A stretch of 64,000 bases of DNA from Antedon mediterranea (lineage: Eukaryota; Animalia; Echinodermata), in contig NC_092680.1 in the NCBI RefSeq assembly GCF_964355755.1, positions 12,276,001 through 12,340,000 on the forward strand, written 5' to 3'. Within the stretch, counting starts at the first letter, position 1; every line of letters starts with the position of its first letter. The notes under the pieces are model-generated. The model did no database searches. It had not been told where the DNA came from and saw nothing but the letters and a program-made list of their open reading frames with translations. Positions 40,640 to 54,468 of the stretch are shown one piece after another. Made by a program: the position numbers and the translations under genes.

Positions 40640-42500
40640 AAATCAGGAAAGGTATGGATGATTTGTATAATGATATTGTTTGTGCTCTATCTAGTGCCTC
40701 CAAAATGTGTTTTAAAAATAAGAAAATAAAAAATGGGACCCACATTCCAGGGTGGAATGAAAATGTCGCAGAATGCCATAATGTGGCTAGAGAATCATTC
40801 CTTCTATGGGTTAATAATGGAAAGCCTAAATCTGGTTCATTATTTGAGGCGATGCGTTTTAAATGACAAGATCTCAATTTAAAATGAGTTTACGCTAGTG
40901 TAAATCAGAAGAAGAACAGCATAGGGCTGATTCTATGGTTAAGTCTTTATTAAACAAGGCCAACAGCCATTAAGTCGCGTGCTACAATGCATAGTGATAC
41001 CGGACCGACAGACAAACAGACCGACAGACAGACGGACCGACCGACATAGTGAACTATACTGACCGAAATTACTGAGCATGTTTAAAAATGTTGAAATGTT
41101 TAAAAACATTTATATTTTTTTAATTTACACGTGCGTAGCCTGTCACTTTTGACGTGCTCGTATAACGTAATTTCGAGTTGAAAAGTAAGTCAAGAAAACA
41201 GAAATCGGGCAAAAAGAGTGCGCAATAACATTTAACGCGCAGTGCGCGCACAAAAATCTGCGCACTCATGGCAATTTTGTAAACGCTTAAAATTTCTTGA
41301 AACGTACTCTTATTTCATCGAAAATAAATTTTGAAAATTTTAAGCGCGCGTACGCATGCGTTACATGCACTACGCACGTAATTGTATTGCCATATGATGA
41401 TTTATGCCCTGAAATTTATGAGTACCAAATTTTATTTAATTGTGATTCATGGTTGTTAAGATATGATTACAAACGTGATTTCGTTAAATCGTGCGTAGAC
41501 CGCGTAATTTTTTATTGCGCACCGTGAAAACATAACCACATCGATTCCTGGCCATAAGGAATATTCTGTGAAAAATTGACTTAGCTAGATTAAACTGATA
41601 TCAAGATAAGGTCATAAAGCGATAAAACGCATAGTGATACCGGACCGACAGACAGACAGACCGACAGACAGACCGACAGACAGACCGACCGACCGACATA
41701 GTGAACTATAGAGTCGCTTCCACGCGACTAAAAATGATTATGCTGATTTGTGGAAAAGGTTTATAAGTCTAAATCATGTACTCCTGTTCTTACTTCTTCT
41801 TTCTTGGAAATTTAAGAAATACTTACAGAATCTTTGGATAATGTTAATGGTGAATATGATAATTATAAGTAACCACTGGGCAGCTCATTTTGAGGAGCTG
41901 TTTAATTGTGTTCATAATGATAGTAATAAGGATTATGTTCACAGTATACTTGTTAATTGTAATGATGATTGTGGTTGTGAGGTAAATGTCCAACAGGTAG
42001 CGGGCATTATTAAAGATTTATCTAGTGATAAATTGTTCCGATTTTAAAATCTAAATCAGGTGATATTACGAGTAAAAGCAATTAGGCCTATAGCTTTAGC
42101 TAGTGTGGTATCTAAGGTACTAGAATTTGTATTAATTAAATTGTCCGGAGATAGCCTTAAGTCATCTGACCATCAGTTTGCGTTTAAATCGGGTCACTCC
42201 ACAGATACATGTATATTAATCTTAAAACAAGTTGTTGCATTTTATAGTCGGCAAAATAGCCCTGTATATGCTTGCTTTCTTGATGCCTCTAAGGCATATG
42301 ACAGATTAAATAACTGGACTCTTTTTTAAAAATTGTTAAACAGAAAGATGCCAACCGCAATTGTAAAATTGTTATCGTGTTGGTACTCACAGCAACAGTT
42401 TTGTATTAAATGGGGAAGATCTATCTCCCGATGGTTCTATGTAAGAAACGGAGTGCGACAGGGTGGAATCATATATCCGTTACTGTATAATGTTTACATT
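40640..42500 (+). mobile_element. Degenerate non-LTR retrotransposon ORF fragment (RTE-X-like linker plus RT)
   Basis: Motifs IPGWNENV..CH..AR.SF..W...GKP, RPIALASVVSKVLE, QFAFKSGHST, CFLDASKAYDR and NGVRQGGII.P.LYNVYI, with stops, frameshifts and deletions. The clade call is from motif recollection. Confidence 0.85.
40953..41733. mobile_element. Non-autonomous Helentron/DINE-1 (HINE)-like element nested in the LINE fragment
   Basis: Begins AACAAG. Short subterminal inverted repeat AGTCGCGT/ACGCGACT. (GACA/GACC)n microsatellite module present twice (~40990-41059, ~41629-41710). Terminal hairpin AGTCGC-TTCCAC-GCGACT followed by an A-run. The LINE peptide KSLL...NDYADLWK resumes across it. Confidence 0.65.
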
Positions 42501-45219
42501 TCCCAAGAACCAGTGGGAATATTAAAAGAAAACCGATCACGCTTACTAACATCTTTTAAACGGAGTTTTGGACGACGATATCAAATGCCTGTTGCCACTG
42601 AATTGGACTGTGACTTTCATATCTTGTTTTTACGTGATATTAGGATTTATTGCTAAAAATCATATACAGTATAACCAAAGTTAAATATAAACTATGAAAT
42701 ATGAGCCTATGAAACATTTTAATTAACGCTTGAACTTTTTTTAAATTAATGTGATTGTAAATAGGGGCCTACCTGATTTGTATTAAAATGTTTCTATAAT
42801 TATCAATTATTCCTTATATTCATCTGAATATAAAACAAAAGTCTACTTCCGAATTGGCAGGGTCGGAGTCACTATAATGTAATTAGCTACCCCATTTGGA
42901 CGGAAAATAATAATAATAATAACGTTCAAATTACTAATATAATGTTCAGATACTTTAGTCTAATACCACCTCAGCCCGACCATGGGGTTGGTTAGAGCAT
43001 TTTTTAGGAATATGGACATAGCTTAGATTGCTAGCAATTCCACTATTAACTCTTGATAATATCACAGATAAGTTTAAAGTTTTAAAAAACCGCTGATTAT
43101 AGTTTCAAGCAACAAATAGATAGGACTGGACATGCCCTCTAGAGTAAAACTAGGTAAAACTATAGGAATCCATCCCAAAAACGTATTGGATTTGTTTCCG
43201 TTTAAAAAACTTTTCATTTACAATAATTTTTAGTTCATACATTAAATGCCAAGGAAAACTAAATTTAGCAATATTATTTGTTTAGGGGTGCAAATAAAAG
43301 TGAAAACTATAGACAAGATGTAAAGTTGTCTAATGTACCGTTTCTTCGATAATCTTAATTTTACCTATACCTATACTTTTATTCAGACATTCCGGATTTT
43401 TAATCCTCTCAAAAATAATGTTAGCTAAAAGTAAGAGTGCATTGCCTGGTCTATATTCCTGAAAAAAGTTTTGTCGTCTCTCGATTTTATGATGCTGTGT
43501 CCGATTCTATAAATACGTTTTATATTAACACTGGCAGCATTTATCTATATTAACGAGCACATGCCTTTTTACTTTCCGTACTTTTGAACCTTCTGAACAT
43601 AGTCTGGTTATACTGAGATTGTTTATCTAATTGAATTCGTATCATATATTACGTAATATTAGGATATATTGCTAAAAATCAAGAAGTAAATAATTGTTCG
43701 GGTTGAGTGCTATAGGATAGAATTACAGTTATGAAAAATGTAACGAACAATACACTTTAGAAGTTGTTTGAATCCCATCTAGTCTACACGCTTTAAACTA
43801 TTTTAATTTGATCGTAAATACCTATATTCGTGTCATTGATATTACACGATTGCGACATGAATTTTCATCAAAGTATCATACATTAAAAGTGATGCTGGTG
43901 ATTGTAAATGAAAGCTCTTTTAAATGGCAACCATATACCATACGTTTCTTATAGACCTAATCCGTTAGAAAATTAAAATACTTTTAAAACTTTTAATTTG
44001 CATCTCCTATTTAGGCATCAAAACTTATTGTGTGTTGTCCCTTAGATGGAAACCAGGCAATCTAGCACCAAAATAATTTCGTAATTATATACTGTAGGCC
44101 TAGTGTATATATTAATAAAAATCACTCGAATAATTACAATACAAGTTATTGCCTATTCCCTATCGAAGTTCAAAGTTCTTCTGTATGACTAAGATACAGT
44201 CACTAAAGGCAATATTGTATGTATGTTACCTATTAAATACAAGCCCGTACTTCATCATTCAACATAATTAATAATTTCGCCATGCAAACTTTGAAGTGTT
44301 TTTTTGTATACTTTACTAAGTACTTTCCATGTATTTTAAATAGTCAATTAAGCTAAGAATATAGAGCACCGTGTTTTTATAGGTTCAGCTTTTAAATGTG
44401 TCTCGTTGTGTGCTTTGCATCTGTTTAAAAAAAAATCGTCACATTTGTCTTAGCTTTCGGAGTCAAAAATCTCGAATGACTTTTATGTCGGTCGAACAAA
44501 TTTATTATGATGAACTCGTATGTTGATTCTCTCTCTCGGACAACATCTTTATAAAACTGGCTAATCGTATCTCAGCGGTATCAGGTCGGCTGTCTTCGTT
44601 TTGCTTCTAGATATCGCATTAAGCTATTAGTAGGCCTACCTGACATAACCGAGCTATCAAAAAGCGAACTTCAATCACAGAGGTAACTTATTTGTCCCAA
44701 ATTTAGTTGAGAATGTTTTAAGGCCTAAACGAATTATTATTACAAAATTTAGTGGGCCTATATTATAAAGTGATTGGTTTAATGAAATTAATAACAAAGA
44801 CTCGAATTAAAAAGTACAGTATAATTAATCATGCACGTGTAAAACAAATTATTATATTAGCCTATATTTTAATGCCAACACTTTTCCAATACGTGCTTAA
44901 ATTGGCTTTGCTTGTTGCTTCATAGAAAATCATAACCAATTAATTGTCTAACCAAAAATGTCATTTATCTCATACACTGTAATATTTGTAGTGAGTGGTA
45001 GAAACCAAAACCCTCTCCGTATGAGAATGACACAGAGATCAGCTATAAAAAACATTAAAGTTTTTCTGTAACCGAAATGTTAATTCAACCTACTTGCAGA
45101 AATCGCACAGGACTTTTAATGTAGTCCTGTTGCTTTCAAAAGTCATGTCGCAATCGTTTAATATCTTATATCAATGACACGAACATATTAGGTTGTCAAA
45201 TGGAGCGACAAAACTCGCA

Positions 45220-48200
45220 AAGACAAAAAAACACTTGGAATTACTACTTAAAGCCACAAAACTGTTTGATCTTAACATTAACATACTCCCAGATCAGTAA
45301 AATTATTCCATCGACTACCTAAGTTTAAGGTTCAATATTAACCACCATTTGAGTTGCTTTTTTTTAGATGCAATCCTAATTGTTTATATCTACCAAGCTA
45401 TCTTCATTGTTTTCAGCTTGTGCCTTGATCCTTTGTTTTTATTTCTTTATTCCAGTCCACTCAGGCAGTGCTTGTTTGCTTCATATTCTCAATTTTGTTC
45501 TTTCACTTATAAAGGGCTAGTGGATTTATATTTAAATGTTTTTTTAATTTTCTGTTTTTTAACTCACATAATGTCTAAAAGATCGCAATAATAATGAAGC
45601 TTTTGAAATGGATGTAAAATATTCATATTCTCAATTTTGTAAAAGCACTTCCACTGATATAGTATATTATCCTATTAATTAAATATGACAAGTTGTACAG
45701 GTAGTTTCAGTTTTTATTTTCTATTGTTTTTGTATATTTTTTTTTTTAAGTAATTGTGTTGCTTAAATGATGGAGGTATAAACATATTTTGATATGCTTA
45801 AATGTTGTATGTGTGCCACTGTTAAATATGTGTTGCTCCAAATAAATATTATTATATTATTATTACAAGGTACAGTATTCATTTCTGAAAATTATATACA
45901 TAAAAGATGATTTGATCATACAGGAAATTGTTTGAAGATAGAATTTAAAGTTTAGATTTAACTTGTTTTAAAGATTTAATGTGGCTATACTTTGATATAT
46001 TATAAACGAATTTAACAAAACTCTTTGAAATTTATAATTCTATTGAGCCTATATGCGTGGTACGGTCACTGTTACTCTTTATTCATTGATTTAAAATTCA
46101 GGTTAGACTTTTAATTAGAAAGAAATAAACACACCAGGGTTAAAAGGGTTAAATGATCCATAATTAAGCGATATATCTACACTGTGAGACACAAAATGCT
46201 TTCATAAAATTACACATTTATACCTTTGCTTAATAATAATATTTTATAATAATTCATTTTAACGGCACTACGCCTACATGATGATCATGGGTAGCTAATG
46301 GCATGGGGCTCCGACCCTGTATGCCACTTTTGGAAGTGTTTATATTGATGTTGCAAACAATTTCATTATCAAAATTTATATGTAGAAGACAAAACTGATT
46401 AATTAGTGTGCATGATGCATATAAGAAGTAATTACTGAAAACTATCATTGTAGTACATTTTTTATAGTATTAGTAGTACTTTATAGTATAAAGGGTGTAT
46501 AAAGTTGTGCCTTTTTCAAGCATGATTTGAGTGATAGTTGTTTTTGGGGTTGGCAATTATTGCGACAAAATTGTAATGTCCTTGACGTTATTAATGCCTA
46601 ATTTCCGTGACAGAGATAAACCCTTATATCAATAACATATCATTGGGGTTTTTTTTTATCTAATGTGATATAAAGGGATAATCGCAGAAACAGCACAGAA
46701 CTCCGAATTCCTAAAAATGCTCTAAACATTAGTCCCAATCATAGTCGAGCTGACGTGGGTTTGGACTTCCAAATATACACAACCTTGAATTACCACTAAA
46801 TTTCAAAAACGTTGCGCCGGTTCTGAATATTATATCTAATCTGAATGATATAGGCCTAAATGAATAATACTGATACTTGCAGAAACCGCAAAGAACGTTC
46901 AATGTATTGCATTCAAAAGACATGTCACATTCGTGTAATATCTTATATCAATGACACGAACATATTAGGTTGTCAAAAGACAAAAAAAACTTGGAATTAC
47001 TACTTAAAGCCACAAAACTGTTTGATCTTAACATTAACATACTCCCAGATCAGTAAAATTATTCCATCGACTACCTAAGTTTAAGGTTCAATATTAACCA
47101 CCACTTGAGTTGCTTTTTTTTAGATGCAATCCTAATTGTTTATATCTACCAAGCTATCTTCATTGTTTTCAGCTTGTGCCTTGATCCTTTGTTTTTATTT
47201 CTTTATTCCAGTCCACTCAGGCAGTGCTTGTTTGCTTCATATTCTCAATTTTGTTCTTTCACTTATAAAGGGCTAGTGGATTTATATTTAAATGTTTTTT
47301 TAATTTTCTGTTTTTTAACTCACATAATGTCTAAAAGATCGCAATAATAATGAAGCTTTTGAAATGGATGTAAAATATTCATATTCTCAATTTTGTAAAA
47401 GCACTTCCACTGATATAGTATATTATCCTATTAATTAAATATGACAAGTTGTACAGGTAGTTTCAGTTTTTATTTTCTATTGTTTTTGTATATTTTTTTT
47501 TAAAGTAATTGTGTTGCTTAAATGATGGAGGTATAAACATATTTTGATATGCTTAAATGTTGTATGTGTGCCACTGTTAAATAATGTGTTGCTCCAAATA
47601 AATATTATTATATTATTATTACAAGGTACAGTATTCATTTCTGAAAATTATATACATAAAAGATGATTTGATCATACAGGAAATTGTTTGAAGATAGAAT
47701 TTAAAGTTTAGATTTAACTTGTTTTAAAGATTTAATGTGGCTATACTTTGATATATTATAAACGAATTTAACAAAACTCTTTGAAATTTATAATTCTATT
47801 GAGCCTATATGCGTGGTACGGTCACTGTTACTCTTTATTCATTGATTTAAAATTCAGGTTAGACTTTTAATTAGAAAGAAATAAACACACCAGGGTTAAA
47901 AGGGTTAAATGATCCATAATTAAGCGATATATCTACACTGTGAGACACAAAATGCTTTCATAAAATTACACATTTATACCTTTGCTTAATAATAATATTT
48001 TATAATAATTCATTTTAACGGCACTACGCCTACATGATGATCATGGGTAGCTAATGGCATGGGGCTCCGACCCTGTATGCCACTTTTGGAAGTGTTTATA
48101 TTGATGTTGCAAACAATTTCATTATCAAAATTTATATGTAGAAGACAAAACTGATTAATTAGTGTGCATGATGCATATAAGAAGTAATTACTGAAAACTA

Positions 48201-49174
48201 TCATTGTAGTACATTTTTTATAGTATTAGTAGTACTTTATAGTATAAAGGGTGTATAAAGTTGTGCCTTTTTCAAGCATGATTTGAGTGATAGTTGTTTT
48301 TGGGGTTGGCAATTATTGCGACAAAATTGTAATGTCCTTGACGTTATTAATGCCTAATTTCCGTGACAGAGATAAACCCTTATATCAATAACATATCATT
48401 GGGGTTTTTTTTTATCTAATGTGATATAAAGGGATAATCGCAGAAACAGCACAGAACTCCGAATTCCTAAAAATGCTCTAAACATTAGTCCCAATCATAG
48501 TCGAGCTGACGTGGGTTTGGACTTCCAAATATACACAACCTTGAATTACCACTAAATTTCAAAAACGTTGCGCCGGTTCTGAATATTATATCTAATCTGA
48601 ATGATATAGGCCTAAATGAATAATACTGATACTTGCAGAAACCGCAAAGAACGTTCAATGTATTGCATTCAAAAGACATGTCACATTCGTGTAATATCTT
48701 ATATCAATGACACGAACATATTAGGTTGTCAAAAGACAAAAAAAACTTGGAATTACTACTTAAAGCCACAAAACTGTTTGATCTTAACATTAACATACTC
48801 CCAGATCAGTAAAATTATTCCATCGACTACCTAAGTTTAAGGTTCAATATTAACCACCATTTGAGTTGCTTTTTTTTAGATGCAATCCTAATTGTTTATA
48901 TCTACCAAGCTATCTTCATTGTTTTCAGCTTGTGCCTTGATCCTTTGTTTTTATTTCTTTATTCCAGTCCACTCAGGCAGTGCTTGTTTGCTTCATATTC
49001 TCAATTTTGTTCTTTCACTTATAAAGGGCTAGTGGATTTATATTTAAATGTTTTTTTAATTTTCTGTTTTTTAACTCACATAATGTCTAAAAGATCGCAA
49101 TAATAATGAAGCTTTTGAAATGGATGTAAAATATTCATATTCTCAATTTTGTAAAAGCACTTCCACTGATATAG
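45220..49174 (+). repeat. Near-identical tandem duplication, 1756-bp unit, ~2.25 copies
   Basis: Identical short ORFs recur at 45349/47105/48861, 46254/48010 and 46860/48616, all offset by 1756. Only a few single-base differences were seen. Confidence 0.97.
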
Positions 49175-50754
49175 GGCTAGTGTTGCCCATATATTATCCT
49201 AATTAAATACGATTTAATGTGGCTTTACTTTTATATATTATAATAATATTTTATAATTATTCATTTTAACGGCACTTTGATAAAACAATGTTATATATCA
49301 TACTATTGCACCTTTATTCATGGGGTGACCTACTATAACCTTACACTATTATGGAAGAAAAGAAAAAAAAACAAATAAGAATTGTGAAAGTTAACCCAAT
49401 GTATCACAGGTGTGACTTGGGTACATAATTGAAAAATTCATTATATAATAATATCATGTGCATGCAAAAACAAAATTGTATTATTAAATGTGCATATCAT
49501 TTATTTGTCCAATATAATTTTATATATTAGTTTAATTTATTTTTCTAACGCCTAGTTTGACAGGCCAACTTTGAAATTGAAATAATCTTTTCGTTCGACA
49601 CAATATTTCAGAGATACGTGAACATTTGATGATGGTCTATCCGATATGACTTTGTTTTTTTGTACATAAAAAGTGGACAATTTTGGTTTAGATCAATGAA
49701 TGCTTAAAATTGTTTTTTTTTTTGTGCTATATTTTTCAAGTTGATATCTGGAATACTATCAACGCTTTTATCTTATAATACGCGATATATTCATATTTTT
49801 TTACAAGAAAATAAAGTATTGATCACTAGCTTGTTTTTATGTATTTAATAACTATTCTAAGTTCATTTTAAATAGGCGTATGTTTATATTTTAATGATTC
49901 ATGGTAAACAATTATAAACAGCTTCAATATTACACAGTAGGTTATTCAAAAGAGACGCACAATTTATACGGACGTGTTTTTAACGACAAAATTGACCAAT
50001 CAAAATGGAAATAGTCAAAATACAATAATTTTATGTTCATTGGCTACCCCACCAACAACCTAAACTTCAAATAATAAAACATCTCTGTAATACTGTATTT
50101 AAAAAAAAGCATATTTGCAACCGAAATTTCTTATTTTATAAATATAATATAAATTTACAATTATACAAAACAATATACAACTGCTTATAAAAAAGGAATT
50201 TAATTAAAGAATTTTAATTTAGTTAAAATATCAGGATTTCTTACTTCAATTTGATGTTTCCTTTAGAGGCGCTAAACTTTTGAATATATGATTTATTTAT
50301 TTTTTGGTCATATGTTTTTTATATCATGTTATTATGTTATGTGCAAATAAAGTATTTACATAGTTGATATATATATATATATATATTATGCAGTGTAGCA
50401 TAGGTGAAATTACGGGAGGCCAATATGAATTAGTTTGAAATGGTAAAAATTATTTTACTACAGTATAAGTAGATTAAAATATATAAGTTAATCTATGAAA
50501 ATGATTATATATTACTGGCAGATTTTATCGATCTCTATCGTGCAAATAATACTCGTTATCGATATGAAATACGATTTGCACTTGAGTTTTTCTTCCTGCT
50601 GATCTGTAGCTTTAGTATAAACAATGTGAACAATGCCCAAACAGGGAGTTGACTAATAACTCCCTGGCCCAAATAAAAGATCGTAACAGTGTGAAAGTGC
50701 GTCACTCATCGCCCAACATTGTTTGTGATCACTTCGTTATCGCATTTGATAAAA

Positions 50755-53507
50755 ATGGACTGGAGGTTTTGTGTAGAGGAAGACAACATTGCTTATCTAA
50801 TAATTAATAACACTAGGGCAATAAAGCATTCTGATGGTGAACAGTTAGGCAAGGTTATAAAATTTACCAAAACAACTAAAGGCAAAAACTGGCTTAAGGT
50901 AAGATTGTTGTGTTCTTCTAAATAATATAATTTTCTTTTAATGTTTTTAGGGAACCATTCTTCACCAGTCTTATTACTTTATAAAGATGTTTTATTTTCC
51001 ATTTTGCAGTTTTAAAAAGTGTTTCAAGCCACGCAATTATTAGTTTTATTAGTATTTTCCCAGGGGCACAATCTTCAGCTGTTTAATAGGCCTATTATAT
51101 TTGGATTTTATAGGCTTTCTGATTATAATATATATTATGATTTATTCGATTATTTATTTCATCTAATTAATTGAAATGTTGTTTCAGGCCTAAAACTAAA
51201 TTGTAATATATCTTTACTATAGGACCATTGATACTAATTTTGTTGACCATTTTTTTAACATTAAAGTTTTATATATGATTTAAAAAATGCATTTTCATCA
51301 AGAGCACCAACACTGAATATTAGGGTGTAGTGTGTACACTTAACAACTATATAAATTTCTATGTTTAGTTATTTATTTAATTAAAAACAAATTTGCAATA
51401 CTATAGATTGTTACAGAAGAAAGCGACTGTAGTAGTACGCTTGCTGCAACCAAAGTATTGTGGAGCAAATTCAAACCGGACGAAAATTGCCCATTTTGCA
51501 AATGCAAGACAATTGACAACCTTACCAAAACATTGCAAACATTACGAAAGCGAAAAGCTCAAGATGCTGAAAACGTAACTACAAAGAGAACAAGAATTAA
51601 CATAAAGACAATCGACGAAACAATCAAAGAAAAGATCATTGGTTAGTATATGAAACATTTGTTATTGAAGTTAAATACTGTACCATGCCCCATGGACAAG
51701 CATAATTATTATCTGCTTTTGTTTTACTGTAGTTTACAATTAAACAAACGTTACTGTTTTATATTTTTTCCAATGTTTTGTTGAATATGTCACATAATAG
51801 TTATTCACTTTGATCTTGGATAACAAAAACTGTAATTTTAAACATAACTCACAATAACTATAGGCCTAACCATGATTAGATTTAATGTATCTACAATTCG
51901 TTACGTTAAATTAGTATAATCTGGCTAGATAAGTAATTATACGTACTAGGCCTATTAAAATATAAAGCGGATGAACACATTTTTCGAAGATGAACGAACT
52001 AAAGATATTTTGAACACAGGTTTTAACTTCTTATAGTTACTCTATTTTCTATTTGTTTTATTGTTATTTAAGTTTCAAACAGTTATTATAAAACGCATAA
52101 ATATTTTTTTTAAAAGACAACGATAGAGTCATGCAAGTACAGTATTGGTACTGCGAAGAACAAGGTATACCCAGTTTGTTATTGTATTTACAAATATAGT
52201 TCAGTCATTTTTATTCAATTATAAATATAGGTCAATCATTGATTGGCAGTCTACTAAAAAATTTACCAATTTGCAATACTAACTGCTTTTTGGTATGAGG
52301 TGGATGGTGGGGTAATGGGGTTATTTCTTCTTGTGTCTAATAAAAGAAAAAAAAAAGAAATGTACCATTGATATTATTATTATTATATTCAAATATACAG
52401 GAAAGTTAATGTAAGTATGTAGGCCTACAGTTTAATGATGATTCATATTTTTTTTAGACACCATTCGCACGTTATTAGTAAGCCCTCAACACGAACGCAT
52501 GATGAATGGAATTGGTGGCGTCATTAAGGCTAAGTCACTAGAACTGCTAATTAAGCAACTAGTGACAAGGCATAGCAGAGAAGGTCACTTAGTTGTAAAT
52601 TGCCTAGGATGGAATGGTAAATAATACATTTATACCATAACTCATAATAATCATTCATTGATGTTAACCAAAAACATACCGCGTGACAATTGGGCATGTC
52701 GCTAAAATCCAATCAAATGGGAAAAATTCTTGTTCTTTGAGTCATTACTATTGTCGTTTGTACAAACGACATTAATGAACTAACAAAATAATTTAATATT
52801 CAATTGAAATCTATTTTATTGTTATTATAATTACAGTGTTCAAGGAAATAATTTTGCAACGGCGCAATTGTATAACCTTGCTCGAGAATGATGGGGAATC
52901 TGAATTAAGATCCAGATTAGTTCGTTTCAAAGAAGAAATTGAAAACAGCATTCAGCTTGAAAATGGAGCCCAATCGGATGGTAAGTTTAAGTTAAATTAA
53001 CTTTATTGTTTATCTATTGTCATGGATGCTAATACGAAGAACAATATACAAGCGATATTGTATACATTCAAGTCGCAATACAATGCTGATGATTTGATGT
53101 TTGTAGTGCAATATACTGCTACTTTTTGTTCAGGAATTTTAAAACGGCATATTAAGCTGTATTCTCATAACTTGGACGGCATATTATGCTACAGTATCTG
53201 TATTGTAAACTTGTATAAACACAGCCCATGCATTTAATTTTTAATCAATATTCAAAATACCCATAATCAATTTCTGACCCAATTTGAAACATATAGTAAT
53301 ACAAATTTAAAAAAAAACAAGATTCTCTATTTTAAAATTTTGTTTACACAGAGCTTCTAAAAAAATGATACAACTATTTAGAGGTCTATTAAATAATAGG
53401 GCCTTGGTTTATTCATCATTTCAGATGAGGACGACAGTACAGATGAGGAGGTTGAAGATAATGCGGAGATGGCAAATGAGGAGGACGACTACACATTTCC
53501 GGGGTGA
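50755..53507 (+). CDS. Intact 5-exon gene, 254 aa, unknown function (transposon accessory or cargo protein)
   Basis: Exons 50755-50898, 51407-51641, 52458-52616, 52837-52980 and 53425-53507 are all GT-AG, phase-compatible and total 765 nt with no internal stop. Protein: MDWRFCVEEDNIAYLII...NCPFCKCK...RKRK...KRTR...DEDDSTDEEVED...YTFPG. Confidence 0.75.
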
Positions 53508-53654
53508 AAATAGCATTCATGATACTGGACACATGCCTTGCAGTCACATTTTATATAACTTTTCAAATTAATTTATTAAATTTATTCTGTGCCTTGTGAT
53601 GTTTATATATATACTGTATATACAATTGAGAGACTAGTACTGTTCCGCCGTACT

Positions 53655-53820
53655 ACGACAGTGGTCTAATGGTCATCTGCATATCAAGCAGAATGTTCCG
53701 GGTTCGGATCTTGGATTGGGCATTCTCACTGATTTCCTCATCTTTATCGTTTAAAATTAAATAATTAAATTTCACTGGGCGGTTTAGAATTATTCTGTGC
53801 CTGTGAAATGTATATATCTT
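53655..53820 (+). mobile_element. Degenerate tRNA-derived SINE
   Basis: A-box-like TGGTCTAATGG (~53661) and B-box-like GGTTCGGATC (53701). The tail TTATTCTGTGCCTGTGA is also present at ~53582. No full cloverleaf. Confidence 0.5.
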
Positions 53821-54085
53821 TTAAATATTTTCTACTACAATCACGTATAAATAGTTAGTAATGCATACAATACTTATTTTACTAGAAGCCGAGTTTAATT
53901 CTTTCTAAATTAATAACCAGTGTTAGTGAATAAATAGTTAAAATTTATCAGTTCTTTAATTCTTTGATGTAAGGCTGAGAAAAAACATGAGTGTATTCAT
54001 GTTTTGTCATTAATAAAAAGCTTGTATAGCACACTAAAACTTTGTCTACTAATTATTTTTACAGAGAAATTCTTGTATTTCTGAA

Positions 54086-54468
54086 GTCATAAATTTTATG
54101 ACCTAATGGCAGCTTCACAATCATGTCATAAATATTATGACTTATGTGAAAACAGTCAATACCTTGAAGCCCGGAAATCACAGCCTCATGTACTATAACC
54201 AGCGTATTCCGAGACATAACATGTAGTTTTAAATTGTCATAAATTTTATGACCTAATGACTGCTAAATTAATGTCATAAATATTATGACTTATGTGAAAA
54301 TAGTCAATACTGTACCAGGAAGCCCCGAAATTAGTGCTTCCTGTACTATACACTATAACTAGCGTATTCCGAGACTTAACATGTACCTTTAAATTGTCAT
54401 AAATGTTATGACCTAATGACTGCTAAATTAATGTCATAAATATTATGACTTATGTGAAAATAGTCAAT
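54086..54468. repeat. Right subterminal tandem array, ~2.5 units of 150-160 bp with six copies of GTCATAAnnnTTATGAC
   Basis: Palindromes start at 54086, 54125, 54236, 54273, 54396 and 54433, forming three pairs. Confidence 0.95.

Noticed and set aside
45349-49103. Repeated 64-80 aa ORFs as a gene cluster
   Set aside because: They recur only because of the tandem duplication and show no recognisable protein motifs.
53655-53725. tRNA gene
   Set aside because: A and B boxes only, with no acceptor stem or cloverleaf. A SINE fits better.
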